Shown here: one piece after another, positions 10,875 through 20,814 of the stretch | How positions within the stretch are numbered: the first letter of the stretch is position 1 | Layout: every line of letters starts with the position of its first letter | Origin: Nostoc sp. | GTDB lineage: Bacteria; Cyanobacteriota; Cyanobacteriia; Cyanobacteriales; Nostocaceae | DNA: 64,000 nucleotides | NCBI GenBank assembly: GCA_036918135.1 | Contig: JBALDB010000029.1 | Coordinates: 32,001 to 96,000, forward strand | Direction of reading: 5' to 3' | Made by a program: the position numbers and the translations under genes | Notes under the pieces: model-generated | Seen by the model: only the letters and a program-made list of their open reading frames with translations | The model's database searches: none | What the model was told of the DNA's origin: nothing

Positions 10875-11193
10875 GCTAAGACTTTGCTCAATTGAAGCAA
10901 ATAAGTCTAGGAAATGAGCAATGAATTATTTTTCAGCTTTCTTGGTTGATTTTACTTAATTATCTTATCTGTCTAAACTTATACAGTTTTTTCAGAAAAT
11001 TGGCTTCGGCTTACTTGTAGACGATCGCTGAAATTTTCAATCCTGTTCTGTCTTCCCAAAAGCGTATAACTAGATTATGGAAAACTATATTATCAAAAAG
11101 GCGTTCTGACGCAAACAGAATTTTCAATCGCTTTCTCACCTCAGACCGTCTCCTCTTCAATTAGCAGTTATATATTTTTTTAGCCATTTCCAT

Positions 11194-11325
11194 GTAAGTA
11201 AGTTGGCACAATAAAACTAAACTGTGTCAAGAAAAGTAAATAACGGCTCAAACGCCTTTTCTGCTTGCTAAACAGTGCCCTGCCTTTTCCTTTATACAAA
11301 CAATAATTATTTATGCCGACATAGT
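11194..11325. mobile_element. degenerate MITE-like element
   Basis: Imperfect terminal inverted repeats TAAGTTGGCACAATAAA / TTATTTATGCCGACATAG about 130 bp apart. Confidence 0.35.
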
Positions 11326-11436
11326 AGATTAATTTATAAAATCTTTATCATAATAATCCATCAATTACAAGATGATTTCTATATGATTTAATTTGAAAGT
11401 CCTATGAGTGTTTAACCATTTTTACATAATTAGTTC

Positions 11437-12219
11437 ATGGAATCTTTACCATTTTTGACAGTCAATGACCAACCTATTTCTATTGAGGAAGCAGTAAAAT
11501 ATTTGCAAGCCTCTGGAAAATTGGGGCAGTTCATTGGGGATATTCTCCGCCAGCACGTAATTGAGCAAGAAATACGAACGCGAGATGATATCCAGATTGG
11601 TACAGCAATCACAGAGCAGGCAATTATTGACTTTAGACTCAATAATCAATTGACCGATCCCCAAAGCTTTCAAGAATGGTTAAAGAGGAATAACACAGAT
11701 TACACAACATTTCATACATCTGTTACTTTTGGTTACAAGCTAGAAAAACTCAAAGCTGTAGTGACAGAATCAAAACTTCCAGAATATTTTATTGAACGCA
11801 AAATTTTTTTAGACCGAATGGTACTTTCTCGGATTGTTGTTGATAATCGGGAACTGGCAGACGAACTACAAATCCAAATTGAAGAGGGAGGTAGCTTTGA
11901 GCAACTAGCTAGAGAGTATTCACTTGCAGATGACCGACTTTTGAACGGCATGATGGGAATAATTAGCCGAGGAAGTCTGCCAGATACACTACGGGCAGCT
12001 ATTGATGTAGCAAGTCCTGGACAAGTGGTAGGACCAATAGAAATGGTTGGCGGAACCTCCTTGCAAGGAGAAGTACCTTATGGTTTGTTTCGAGTAGAAC
12101 AATTTCTGCCAGCATCTTTAGAAGATACTCAACTAAAGCAAGCACTACAAAATGAATTGTTTGAGAAATGGCTAGCAGAGAAAATTCAAAAACTGACAGT
12201 CAAATTACAAGTGAGTTAA
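11437..12219 (+). CDS. PpiC/SurA-type peptidylprolyl isomerase family protein
   Basis: SFEQLAREYS rotamase motif; overlaps downstream ABC transporter. Confidence 0.85.
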   Translation: MESLPFLTVNDQPISIEEAVKYLQASGKLGQFIGDILRQHVIEQEIRTRDDIQIGTAITEQAIIDFRLNNQLTDPQSFQEWLKRNNTDYTTFHTSVTFGYKLEKLKAVVTESKLPEYFIERKIFLDRMVLSRIVVDNRELADELQIQIEEGGSFEQLAREYSLADDRLLNGMMGIISRGSLPDTLRAAIDVASPGQVVGPIEMVGGTSLQGEVPYGLFRVEQFLPASLEDTQLKQALQNELFEKWLAEKIQKLTVKLQVS

Positions 12220-14897
12220 AAATTCTGGATAATGAATCTCTACGATTAGAAGTGCTAGCTTCTTTAGCTTGGAATCAACCGCCCCTATGTTGGTTGACTC
12301 CCGAACAACAATCCAGATTGCAAGATGAATCTCAAGCCCGTCAGTATCGTCTAGGAGATAAAATCTGGTCAAGCGATATCGGGGGTTACCAATTCTTGAT
12401 TGTGGCTGGGAAAGTGCGTTTGCGAGATGGCAGAGCAAACCCATCCAACGGTCTATCTCAAGAACGTGTTGGCAAACCTATACCTGCACTAGGTGCAGGG
12501 GATTGGTTTGGTGATTTACAAAAGCTGCCTGGGGATTTTAAAGCTGTAGCTGCTAGTAGAGAAGTGATAGTAGTGTGTTGGGCTACAGCACTATGGGCAG
12601 AATTTTATCACCCACAAATTCACGAGTTTTGGCAAGCATTACCAGTGGAGAGGGAAGTAGAAAAAGAGACATTTTCCTTTTCTTCCACAACAATTGCTCT
12701 ACCCCCAGCTGCGGAGGGTACTCCCCCACTCCAACTGCAAAAAGGACTTCCAGCCGCCAATCTGATTATTCCGAATTATCCTTTTGTTGGCAGTTGGAAT
12801 ACTGCTGCTGCATGTTTAACAATGGTGGCGCAACAATTAGAAAATTCTGTGCAACTAGAATGGGTGCAACGTCAACTCAGAGGACAACGCCCAAAAAATG
12901 TTGTGGAAGCAGCAGAAAAAATGGGTTTAGTGTTGCGGCGCTTACGTGTGAGTTGGGGTGAGTTGCGGCAAATATCATTTCCAGCTTTATTGTTGTGGAA
13001 TTCCGACTTACCCCAGAGTCCCTCTTGGGTAGTAGCCTATGGAGTTAAAGGCGATCGCCTGATTATCGCTAATCCTTTAAATCCGGATCGCGTTTGTGAA
13101 GGTTTACCCCAGTCAGTGGTTGAAGCGTCTTGGGATGGACAACTCTGGCAAGTAGAACTAATATCCCAACAAGAAAAATTTAACCTCAGTTGGTTTACGC
13201 CAGCAGTTTGGAAGTATAAGGGACTGCTGGGCGAAGTATTGTTAGCATCTTTTACCTTGCAGCTTTTAGGGTTAACAACACCCCTGATTACGCAAGTCGT
13301 GATTGATAAAGTGATGGTGCAGGAGAGTTTGCCGACTCTTGATGTCATGGCGCTGGCGCTACTTTTTGTTGCCATATTTGAGTCTATACTCGGCATTCTG
13401 CGCTTATTTATCTTTACTCATACAGCTCGCCGCTTGGATTTGAGTTTATCAGCACAGCTGTTTCGGCATCTGATGCGTTTGCCTTTGGCTTATTTTGAGT
13501 CGCGGCGTGTGGGAGATACAGTAGCACGAGTCCAAGAACTCGAACAAATCCGGCAGTTTCTCACAGGTACAGCATTAACTGTGATTTTAGATAGCATCTT
13601 TGCTGTGGTGTACCTGGCATTGATGTTTTACTATAGTATCCCGCTCACCTTTGTGGCATTAGCTGTATTGCCGCTGTTTGCTACATTGACGATAGTTGCA
13701 ACACCAATTCTGCGTAACTGGCTCAACGAAACTTTTAACCGGAGTGCTGATAGTCAATCGTTTTTAGTCGAGACAGTGACGGGGATTCACTCCGTTAAAG
13801 CTCATGCAGCCGAACCAGTAGCACGCGATCGCTGGGAAGGCTTATTTGCTCGCTTCATCCGCACAGGTTTTAAAGCCTCTACCACCTCCAACATCAGCAG
13901 CAATATTGGTGACTTTCTCACCAATTTTTCCACCTTGCTGATTCTCTGGTTTGGAGCCAAGTTAGTCATCGAACAAAAGCTCACAGTCGGACAGCTTGTT
14001 GCCTTTCAAATGTTGTCCGGTAGAGTTACAGGGCCGCTTTTGCGCTTAGTACAATTGTGGCAAAACCTCCAACAAGTCCTACTTTCGGTAGACCGCATTG
14101 GTGATATTCTCAACGTCTCTCCAGAAGCCGAACAAGGAACTGGGTTAGTTTTACCACCGCTCAAAGGTCAAGTCAGCTTCGAGCAAGTATTTTTCCGCTA
14201 CCGACCGAACTTTGAACCAGTTCTGCGCGGAATATCTTTCAATGCCGAACCAGGGCAATTTGTTGGCATTGTCGGACGCAGCGGTTCTGGTAAAAGTACC
14301 CTTTCTAAACTATTGCAACGCCTCTATCAAATTGAATCAGGACGCATCCTGATTGATGGTTTTGATATTAAAAGTTCCGATTTAGCATCACTGCGGCAAC
14401 AAATTAGTGTAGTTCTCCAAGAAGACTTTTTATTTAACGGTTCTATTTTGGAAAATATCACTCTCGGCAATCCCGACATTACCGCAGAGCAAGTGGTAGA
14501 AGCAGCAAGACTAGCCGTAGCACACGACTTCATCAGTCAATTACCCTACGGTTACGAAACCAATGTCGGCGAACGCGGCACCGCTTTATCTGGTGGACAG
14601 AGACAACGCATTGCCCTAGCAAGGTTATTCCTTTCCCAAGCGCCGATTTTAGTTTTGGATGAAGCTACCAGTGCTTTGGATAGTGAGACCGAACAACAAG
14701 TACTACAAAACCTACAAAGAATTTCTGCTAACCGTACCGTCTTTCTAATTGCTCACCGCTTTGCTCCCCTCAAACGTGCCGATTTAATTTTGGTGTTAGA
14801 GCAAGGCGTAATTGCCGAACGTGGTACTCACTCACAGTTATTGCAACAAAAAGGTTTGTACTGGTCGTTATATCAACGGCAGCAAGCAAATATATAG
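12168..14897 (+). CDS. HlyB-type ABC transporter (cNMP-like, C39-like, TMD and NBD domains)
   Basis: GRSGSGKS Walker A, LSGGQRQR signature, VLDEATSALD Walker B; C39-like region NTAAACL. Confidence 0.92.
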   Translation: MASRENSKTDSQITSELKILDNESLRLEVLASLAWNQPPLCWLTPEQQSRLQDESQARQYRLGDKIWSSDIGGYQFLIVAGKVRLRDGRANPSNGLSQERVGKPIPALGAGDWFGDLQKLPGDFKAVAASREVIVVCWATALWAEFYHPQIHEFWQALPVEREVEKETFSFSSTTIALPPAAEGTPPLQLQKGLPAANLIIPNYPFVGSWNTAAACLTMVAQQLENSVQLEWVQRQLRGQRPKNVVEAAEKMGLVLRRLRVSWGELRQISFPALLLWNSDLPQSPSWVVAYGVKGDRLIIANPLNPDRVCEGLPQSVVEASWDGQLWQVELISQQEKFNLSWFTPAVWKYKGLLGEVLLASFTLQLLGLTTPLITQVVIDKVMVQESLPTLDVMALALLFVAIFESILGILRLFIFTHTARRLDLSLSAQLFRHLMRLPLAYFESRRVGDTVARVQELEQIRQFLTGTALTVILDSIFAVVYLALMFYYSIPLTFVALAVLPLFATLTIVATPILRNWLNETFNRSADSQSFLVETVTGIHSVKAHAAEPVARDRWEGLFARFIRTGFKASTTSNISSNIGDFLTNFSTLLILWFGAKLVIEQKLTVGQLVAFQMLSGRVTGPLLRLVQLWQNLQQVLLSVDRIGDILNVSPEAEQGTGLVLPPLKGQVSFEQVFFRYRPNFEPVLRGISFNAEPGQFVGIVGRSGSGKSTLSKLLQRLYQIESGRILIDGFDIKSSDLASLRQQISVVLQEDFLFNGSILENITLGNPDITAEQVVEAARLAVAHDFISQLPYGYETNVGERGTALSGGQRQRIALARLFLSQAPILVLDEATSALDSETEQQVLQNLQRISANRTVFLIAHRFAPLKRADLILVLEQGVIAERGTHSQLLQQKGLYWSLYQRQQANI

Positions 14898-14983
14898 TAT
14901 AGCCGTAGTCACACCCTTTAGGACATAATGACAAGCGTGAAAGCTAGGAATAGTGATAGTTTTACCTCCAGCCTCCTGCTATA
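14898..14983 (+). mobile_element. TATAGC...GCTATA small dispersed element, copy A
   Basis: Terminal TATAGC/GCTATA; 5' part identical to 53656-53747. Confidence 0.8.
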
Positions 14984-15360
14984 GATTAAACTAGTTGAAA
15001 GCTTGTAGCCAGATAAGAATATAAATGCTTGCAGAGTAGCTTAAAGATATTTTTGGCGAATGGAGTTATGCTCTATTCGCCCTTTGAATTTGGTTACAAA
15101 CTTTTTTGTAGCTTGTGGGATGACAAAGCTAAACGCTTTCTACAAGAAGCAAGCTACGCAAAACTTCTCTGTCGGAGTATGCAGACTAGGCTTTAGCTTT
15201 GCTAGTAAAATCTAAAATCTAAAATGGTGTTAGCTGATATAGTGTCAGCCTGGGAAGATAAGAAAGCTCTAAACTGTAGTAAAGAAATGCAATTACACGG
15301 ATATACATTAAAATACATATTTAATTATTTATGTCAAGAATAATTTTGATAAATTAACTC

Positions 15361-16194
15361 ATGAAATTAAATCAAAAACATAGTGATACTTTGGCAGCGT
15401 TACAAGAGTTAATAGAGGTGGTAGCGAAATTGCGATCGCCTGATGGTGGTTGTCCCTGGGATTTGGCACAAACTCCCCAAACGCTGACACCGTATGTCAT
15501 CGAAGAAGCTTATGAAGTAGTAGATGCAATTAAAAGTGGGGATAAGGAAGCGATCGCTGAAGAGTTAGGCGATTTATTATTACAAGTGGTATTGCAAGCC
15601 CAAATTGCCAGCGAATCTGGGCAATTTTCCCTTAAAGAAATCACTCAAGGTATTTCCCAAAAATTGATTCGTCGCCATCCTCATGTGTTTGGTGATGTGT
15701 CAGTCCAAAGTGTGGATGAGGTGCGGCAAAACTGGGAACAAATTAAAGCTGCGGAAAAAGGCGAATCGTCCCCAGAAACTCAAAAACTCAGTACGAAACT
15801 CAGTCGTTACCGACGCACCCTTCCCCCGTTAACAGCAGCAATGAAGATTTCCCAAAAAGCGGCGGCTGTGGGCTTTGAATGGGAAAACATTGATGGAGTT
15901 TGGGACAAATTTCATGAAGAATTAGCAGAATTTCGAGAAGCTTTAGCCAAGGAAACACCAGCACGACAACAAGCAGAATTAGGTGATTTACTATTTGCAG
16001 TGATTCAGCTAGCGCGTTGGCATCAGCTTGACCCCAGTGATGCTTTGCAAGGCACAAATCAGCGATTTGTCCAACGGTTAGAAAAAATGGAGGCAGTTGT
16101 TGACCGTCCCTTAAGTGATTACAGTTTGGATGAGTTAGAAAAATTGTGGCAACGGGCAAAAGCCCAACTTGCCGAAGAAGCTAGTGAGGAGTAG
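15361..16194 (+). CDS. mazG: nucleoside triphosphate pyrophosphohydrolase MazG
   Basis: GCPWD, EEAYEV, EELGDLLLQV and RRHPHVF motifs; two MazG domains. Confidence 0.93.
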   Translation: MKLNQKHSDTLAALQELIEVVAKLRSPDGGCPWDLAQTPQTLTPYVIEEAYEVVDAIKSGDKEAIAEELGDLLLQVVLQAQIASESGQFSLKEITQGISQKLIRRHPHVFGDVSVQSVDEVRQNWEQIKAAEKGESSPETQKLSTKLSRYRRTLPPLTAAMKISQKAAAVGFEWENIDGVWDKFHEELAEFREALAKETPARQQAELGDLLFAVIQLARWHQLDPSDALQGTNQRFVQRLEKMEAVVDRPLSDYSLDELEKLWQRAKAQLAEEASEE

Positions 16195-16341
16195 AGTTAG
16201 GAGTTATTTTACCCGTGCCTTCCCTGCTTCCTCATCTTCGTCATCCTTTACTGACTTGAAAAAGGGTATGGGGTGTAGGGTGTAGGTGATATTCCTTTTT
16301 TATGCATGGCGGTGAAACTTGTTTTATCCTGACTACCTTGT

Positions 16342-17541
16342 TCAAAATTCTTTAGGATCGAACCATTTATCATATAACGATTGATAAGTGCCGTTTTCCT
16401 TAAGGCTCAGCAGGGCTTTATTAACTGGTTTGCGGTAGGGACTGTTATTGGGTAGAACGATACCGTAACTTTCTTCGCGCAAAATACTGCCAACAACTTG
16501 TACCTTGCCTTTGCCTTCATTGGCAGCATAAAAGAGAAGTACAGGTGCATCAAATACCACGGCATCAACTTTTTTTGTCATCAGGGCATTGTAAGCTTGC
16601 TCAATTTTGGCGACTTCTAGAACTGAAATATGATGTTTTCGCAGGTATGTGGCTGCTGTGCTACCCGCAGTTGTGGCTACTAGCTTACCGGGTAAATCGT
16701 CAATACTCTTGATATCGCCTTGAAGTTGCTGGACTGTCAATGAGGTAGTAGCGGTAGCTGTAAAGTAGGCAGCAAAAAGCACTCCGATGAACATCCAGAC
16801 AATACCTACTAGACGCCCTACTACTCCCTTAGGCATCTCATCAGCTTGAGTGGCTAATGTGGCAGCTGCCCACCAACAAGCTTTGAAAATCCCAGGAAAG
16901 TATGATTGGGAAACTATCCCTTCTTGATGATGGCGTTCAGATAACCAAATAATGTGAGCTGCAATGGCAATTAACACTAGGGCAATGCCTATTACTTGCA
17001 AGAGGCTAGTGGAAAAAAACAATTGTAAAATATTTGAAAAGGTACTATTCTTGTTCTCTGGGTTTCTGACCAAAATTTGCAGCCCCCCAGCAAAAATTGG
17101 TAACGAAAAGTCAAAATTTTGCTCGCGTTCGGCTGTAATGGAGATAGCTGCAATTCCCAAGTTGGCTTTCTTGCCTCGAATGGCAGCAAGCAGTTCCGGT
17201 ACAGTAGGATATTGAATAAATTTAAACTCTACACCTATTTCGTTAGCGATGCTTTGCCAGAGGTCAATACTGAATCCCGATAGCTCACCTTTATCTGCTA
17301 GCACAAAGGGTGGTATGACGCGTGTAGCTACTAATAACGGTTGTTGAGTTAGTGGTTTTTGGGCTAGTCCTGAAGATGTGATTAACGACAATGCCAAAAT
17401 TGTACCTAGTAACCCTATACAAATATACAGTGCTAAGGAACGCCTAGTTTGGTTTTTGCGGTAATATCTGTGAAAATAGGCAATCAGGCTTTTCCTCCCA
17501 GCCATTATTTGGCGAAATCTAATAGCGATCGCATTTATCAT
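16342..17541 (-). CDS. ligand-gated ion channel, GluR0-like topology (split solute-binding domain around TM-pore-TM)
   Basis: GFSIDL and ISITAERE (S1), TM1, WW pore helix, TM2, YGI...LYDKWF (S2); start uncertain. Confidence 0.8.
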   Translation of the reverse strand: MINAIAIRFRQIMAGRKSLIAYFHRYYRKNQTRRSLALYICIGLLGTILALSLITSSGLAQKPLTQQPLLVATRVIPPFVLADKGELSGFSIDLWQSIANEIGVEFKFIQYPTVPELLAAIRGKKANLGIAAISITAEREQNFDFSLPIFAGGLQILVRNPENKNSTFSNILQLFFSTSLLQVIGIALVLIAIAAHIIWLSERHHQEGIVSQSYFPGIFKACWWAAATLATQADEMPKGVVGRLVGIVWMFIGVLFAAYFTATATTSLTVQQLQGDIKSIDDLPGKLVATTAGSTAATYLRKHHISVLEVAKIEQAYNALMTKKVDAVVFDAPVLLFYAANEGKGKVQVVGSILREESYGIVLPNNSPYRKPVNKALLSLKENGTYQSLYDKWFDPKEF

Positions 17542-17759
17542 CAGAGTTTTCTTGGGGTTGTGTGCTATGTCTATTTATCATGCTCACCCCATATTAAATA
17601 TCAAGTTGTTCATCCCCAAACACTGTTGTTTTTAGATTTCAGGGAATTAACAACGCTTAAGTTTGACTTCAGTATATAGCTGCAAGCCATATTCACCAAG
17701 TTCGCAAGCAATACCCGATTGCTTGAGTCTACCGAAGGGTGCAAGTCAAATACATCGTA

Positions 17760-17963
17760 ATAGTGAAGACGGTATGGATTGCTTGTGCTAGTTTATCCAC
17801 ATCCGCAGCATTTCCTTGTGGAGACTTCGTAGACGATCCGATCTGAAGTTGGATTAAATATTGCAAATTGGCAATCGCTGATACTGTCTAGCTACTGATT
17901 GTTAATCAGCAGTTAGGTTGACCTAATTTTGACCTGTTGTCCTAGTACTATTGCTGTAACAAG
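17760..17963 (-). pseudogene. aldehyde dehydrogenase N-terminal relic
   Basis: Manual translation VTAIVLGQQVKIRST*LLINNQ*LDSISDCQFAIFNPTSDRIVYEV/QGNAADVDKLAQA, with two stops, one frameshift and no ATG. Confidence 0.65.
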
Positions 17964-18098
17964 CGGGCCTCGTTAAGCTTTAAAAAAGTTTGCTTAAACT
18001 TGCTTAAATCTTATTATATTTGTTACTATATAACCACTTTCTAAGTTTATTTAGAAAATTTTTTGCTTTGCTTTACAATATATTTAGATTTAAATGTT

Positions 18099-18200
18099 AT
18101 ACCAATTTCAAATAAGAGTGTGACAGCTCTATGGGTAGCGGTCTAGAACTGTATGCCCCTACAAATGATTCATTTGTTGCAAAGGTTTTGCGAATGGTAT
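18099..18200. repeat. degenerate REP-containing dispersed element
   Basis: ATACCAATTTCAAA...TTTGCGAATGGTAT ends enclosing a TGCCCCTACA half-palindrome. Confidence 0.45.
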
Positions 18201-18374
18201 TACATGCCCATCCGAAAACTAAAATTTCAGATGGAAAATAATAGAAAAAATCTTGATTCAAAAGATTTTTTGAGCGAGCTAGTGTGTTCAATCGATGGCG
18301 AGTTTCAGTTGTTTATAATTTTTCAGCAATGACAAATTTAACTTAATTAAGAATTTCTTGGGGGAATACGCTAG

Positions 18375-20627
18375 ATGTCCGACCCTGCCTTATTTAATAC
18401 CAACTCCTTGAGTCTGTTGCCTATTGAACCTGTTGTCAATTCTCATACAGTTATTTGTAGCGGAATGACAGATTTAGGATTGTTATCTATTTTGACAACA
18501 CCACAATCCCAATCTCTCAATTACGGCTTCGATGTTCATACCATTGACCAAGCACTAAATGCCTTGAGTTTTCAAGATATTTCTGCTGAAACAGACAAAA
18601 CAATAGTAGGAATTGATTCTTTAACTGGACTTCCAGAAGACTATCTTAGCCCTTCGAGTATTAGTAGTTTGAGTACGGAGTCCGTTTCTGATTCTATTAC
18701 TTCAGCAAGTGATATTTCTGTTGCCAGCAGTTTTATAAAAGGACGATGGGCAACAGCACAAGGTGAATTTGGCAATGAGCAAAAATGGCTAACAGGTGAC
18801 TTTAATGGCGATGGGCGAGACGATCTAGCAAAAGTTTTTAATGACTCTGGTCGAGGCAGTATTGATGTTTATCTTTCTAGTGGTAGCGGCTTTAAAATTG
18901 AGCGGTGGGCAACTAAACAAGGTGGATTTTGGAATAATCAAAAATGGGTAGTTGGTGACTTTAATGGCGATGGGCGAGACGATTTAGCAAAAGTCTTCAA
19001 TGAGGCCAATCAAGCCAGTATTGATGTTCATCTTTCTAGTGGTAGTAGCTTTACAATTGGGCGGTGGGCAACTGTACAAGGTGGATTTACCAATGAGCAA
19101 AAATGGGTAGTTGGTGACTTTAATGGCGATGGACGAGATGATTTAGCCAATGTCTTCAATGATGCCAATCAAGCCAGTATTGATGTTCATCTCTCCAGTG
19201 GTAGCAGCTTTACAAATGGGCGGTGGGCAACTGCACAAGGTGGATTTGCCAATGAGCAAAAATGGTTAGCTGGTGATTTCAATGGCGATGGACGAGATGA
19301 TTTAGCCAATGTCTTCAATGATGCTAATCAAGCAAGTATTGATGTTCATCTCTCCAGTGGTAGTAGCTTCACAAATGGGCGGTGGGCAACTGCACAAGGT
19401 GGATTTGCCAATGAGCAAAAATGGTTAGCTGGTGATTTCAATGACGATGGGCGAGATGATTTAGCCAATGTCTTCAATGATGCAAATCAAGCCAGTATTG
19501 ATGTTCATCTCTCCAGTGGTAGCAGCTTCACAAATGGGCGGTGGGCAACTGCACAAGGTGGATTTTGGAATAATCAAAAATGGTTAGCTGGTGACTTTAA
19601 CGGTGATGGGGAAGATGATTTAGCCAATGTCTTCAATGAGACTAATCAAGCCAGTATTGATGTTCATTCTGCCAACAGCTTACCAAATTATAGCTCTATT
19701 GATGGTTATGGCTTAGTCAATGCTTCTGCTGCTGTCGCTAAAGCCATTGGTCAACCTACCTTTTCAGGAATTCCTGATTTAGGTGGTAATAATTGGGGAG
19801 CAGATTTGATCGAAGCTCCAGAAGTCTGGACGAAAGGCTATACGGGTCAAGGAGTTGTTGTTGCTGTATTAGATACTGGCGTTGACCATAACCACCCAGA
19901 TTTAAGTACAAATATCTGGACAAATAGTCGAGAAATTCCTGACAACGGTATCGATGATGATGCTAATGGATACATTGATGATGTCTACGGCTGGAACTTT
20001 ATTGATAACAATAACAATACTTTAGATGTTTATGGTCACGGAACTCATGTGGCTGGTACGATCGCAGGAGTTAACAATGATTTTGGAGTTACAGGCATTG
20101 CTTATAATGCCAAAATCATGCCTGTAAAAGTTTTGGGTGATGATAATCAAGGCACTTATTCTGCTATTACCCAAGGAGTTTACTACGCCGTCAAAAATGG
20201 GGCAAAAGTCATCAACATAAGTATATCTGCAACAGTTGGTGACAGTGGCTTAGAAACAGCTATTCAATACGCTACTAGTCAAGGTGTGATTGTAGTCATG
20301 GCAGCAGCTAATTCAGGAGATTCAACTCCCTTATATCCGGCTTACTACGCTCTCAACTGGGGTTTAGCTGCTGGAGCCGTTGATAGCAATAACAATCTAG
20401 CTGATTTCTCTAACCGAGCAGGGAGTGATTCCAATATGGCTTATGTAACAGCACCAGGGGTTAGCGTTTACTCTACGCTACCGAATGCAACCTACGGCTA
20501 CTACAATGGCACTTCTATGGCTGCTCCCCATGTAGCAGGAGTAGCAGCTTTAATGCTTAGTGCCAATAGCAGTTTAACTGCTAGTCAAGTGCGGGAAATT
20601 ATCACTCAAACTGCGGTTAACGTTTAG
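18375..20627 (+). CDS. S8 (subtilisin-like) serine peptidase with six FG-GAP-like repeats
   Basis: VLDTG, HGTHVAG and GTSMAAPHVAG triad motifs; GDFNGDGRDDLA repeats. Confidence 0.92.
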   Translation: MSDPALFNTNSLSLLPIEPVVNSHTVICSGMTDLGLLSILTTPQSQSLNYGFDVHTIDQALNALSFQDISAETDKTIVGIDSLTGLPEDYLSPSSISSLSTESVSDSITSASDISVASSFIKGRWATAQGEFGNEQKWLTGDFNGDGRDDLAKVFNDSGRGSIDVYLSSGSGFKIERWATKQGGFWNNQKWVVGDFNGDGRDDLAKVFNEANQASIDVHLSSGSSFTIGRWATVQGGFTNEQKWVVGDFNGDGRDDLANVFNDANQASIDVHLSSGSSFTNGRWATAQGGFANEQKWLAGDFNGDGRDDLANVFNDANQASIDVHLSSGSSFTNGRWATAQGGFANEQKWLAGDFNDDGRDDLANVFNDANQASIDVHLSSGSSFTNGRWATAQGGFWNNQKWLAGDFNGDGEDDLANVFNETNQASIDVHSANSLPNYSSIDGYGLVNASAAVAKAIGQPTFSGIPDLGGNNWGADLIEAPEVWTKGYTGQGVVVAVLDTGVDHNHPDLSTNIWTNSREIPDNGIDDDANGYIDDVYGWNFIDNNNNTLDVYGHGTHVAGTIAGVNNDFGVTGIAYNAKIMPVKVLGDDNQGTYSAITQGVYYAVKNGAKVINISISATVGDSGLETAIQYATSQGVIVVMAAANSGDSTPLYPAYYALNWGLAAGAVDSNNNLADFSNRAGSDSNMAYVTAPGVSVYSTLPNATYGYYNGTSMAAPHVAGVAALMLSANSSLTASQVREIITQTAVNV
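18741..19670 (+). repeat. six intragenic 159-bp (53-aa) tandem repeats
   Basis: GCGGTGGGCAACT recurs at 18902, 19061, 19220, 19379 and 19538; first copy starts near 18741. Confidence 0.9.
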
Positions 20628-20630
20628 GGT

Positions 20631-20775
20631 GACTGGGAGATGAGAAGATGGGGGAGTGTGGGGAGTGTGGAGAGTGTGGGGAGATGGGGGAGCAAGATTT
20701 CTTCCCCATCCTCCCACACCTCCCACACCTGCATTTGTTCCCCATCCTCCTACACTCCCAATACCCAATACCCAT
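20631..20775. repeat. G-rich/C-rich bipartite dispersed repeat, copy 2 (reverse orientation)
   Basis: Core GCAAGATTTC is the reverse complement of the copy 1 core; same arm units. Confidence 0.85.
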
Positions 20776-20814
20776 TGTTGATAGGATGAGGAAAAGGTAA
20801 AGTTCTTTTGTAAT

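Noticed and set aside
18741..19670. Regular repeats suggestive of a CRISPR array or DGR template
   Set aside because: They are contiguous in-frame 159-bp coding repeats with no unique spacers, and no cas or reverse transcriptase genes are present.
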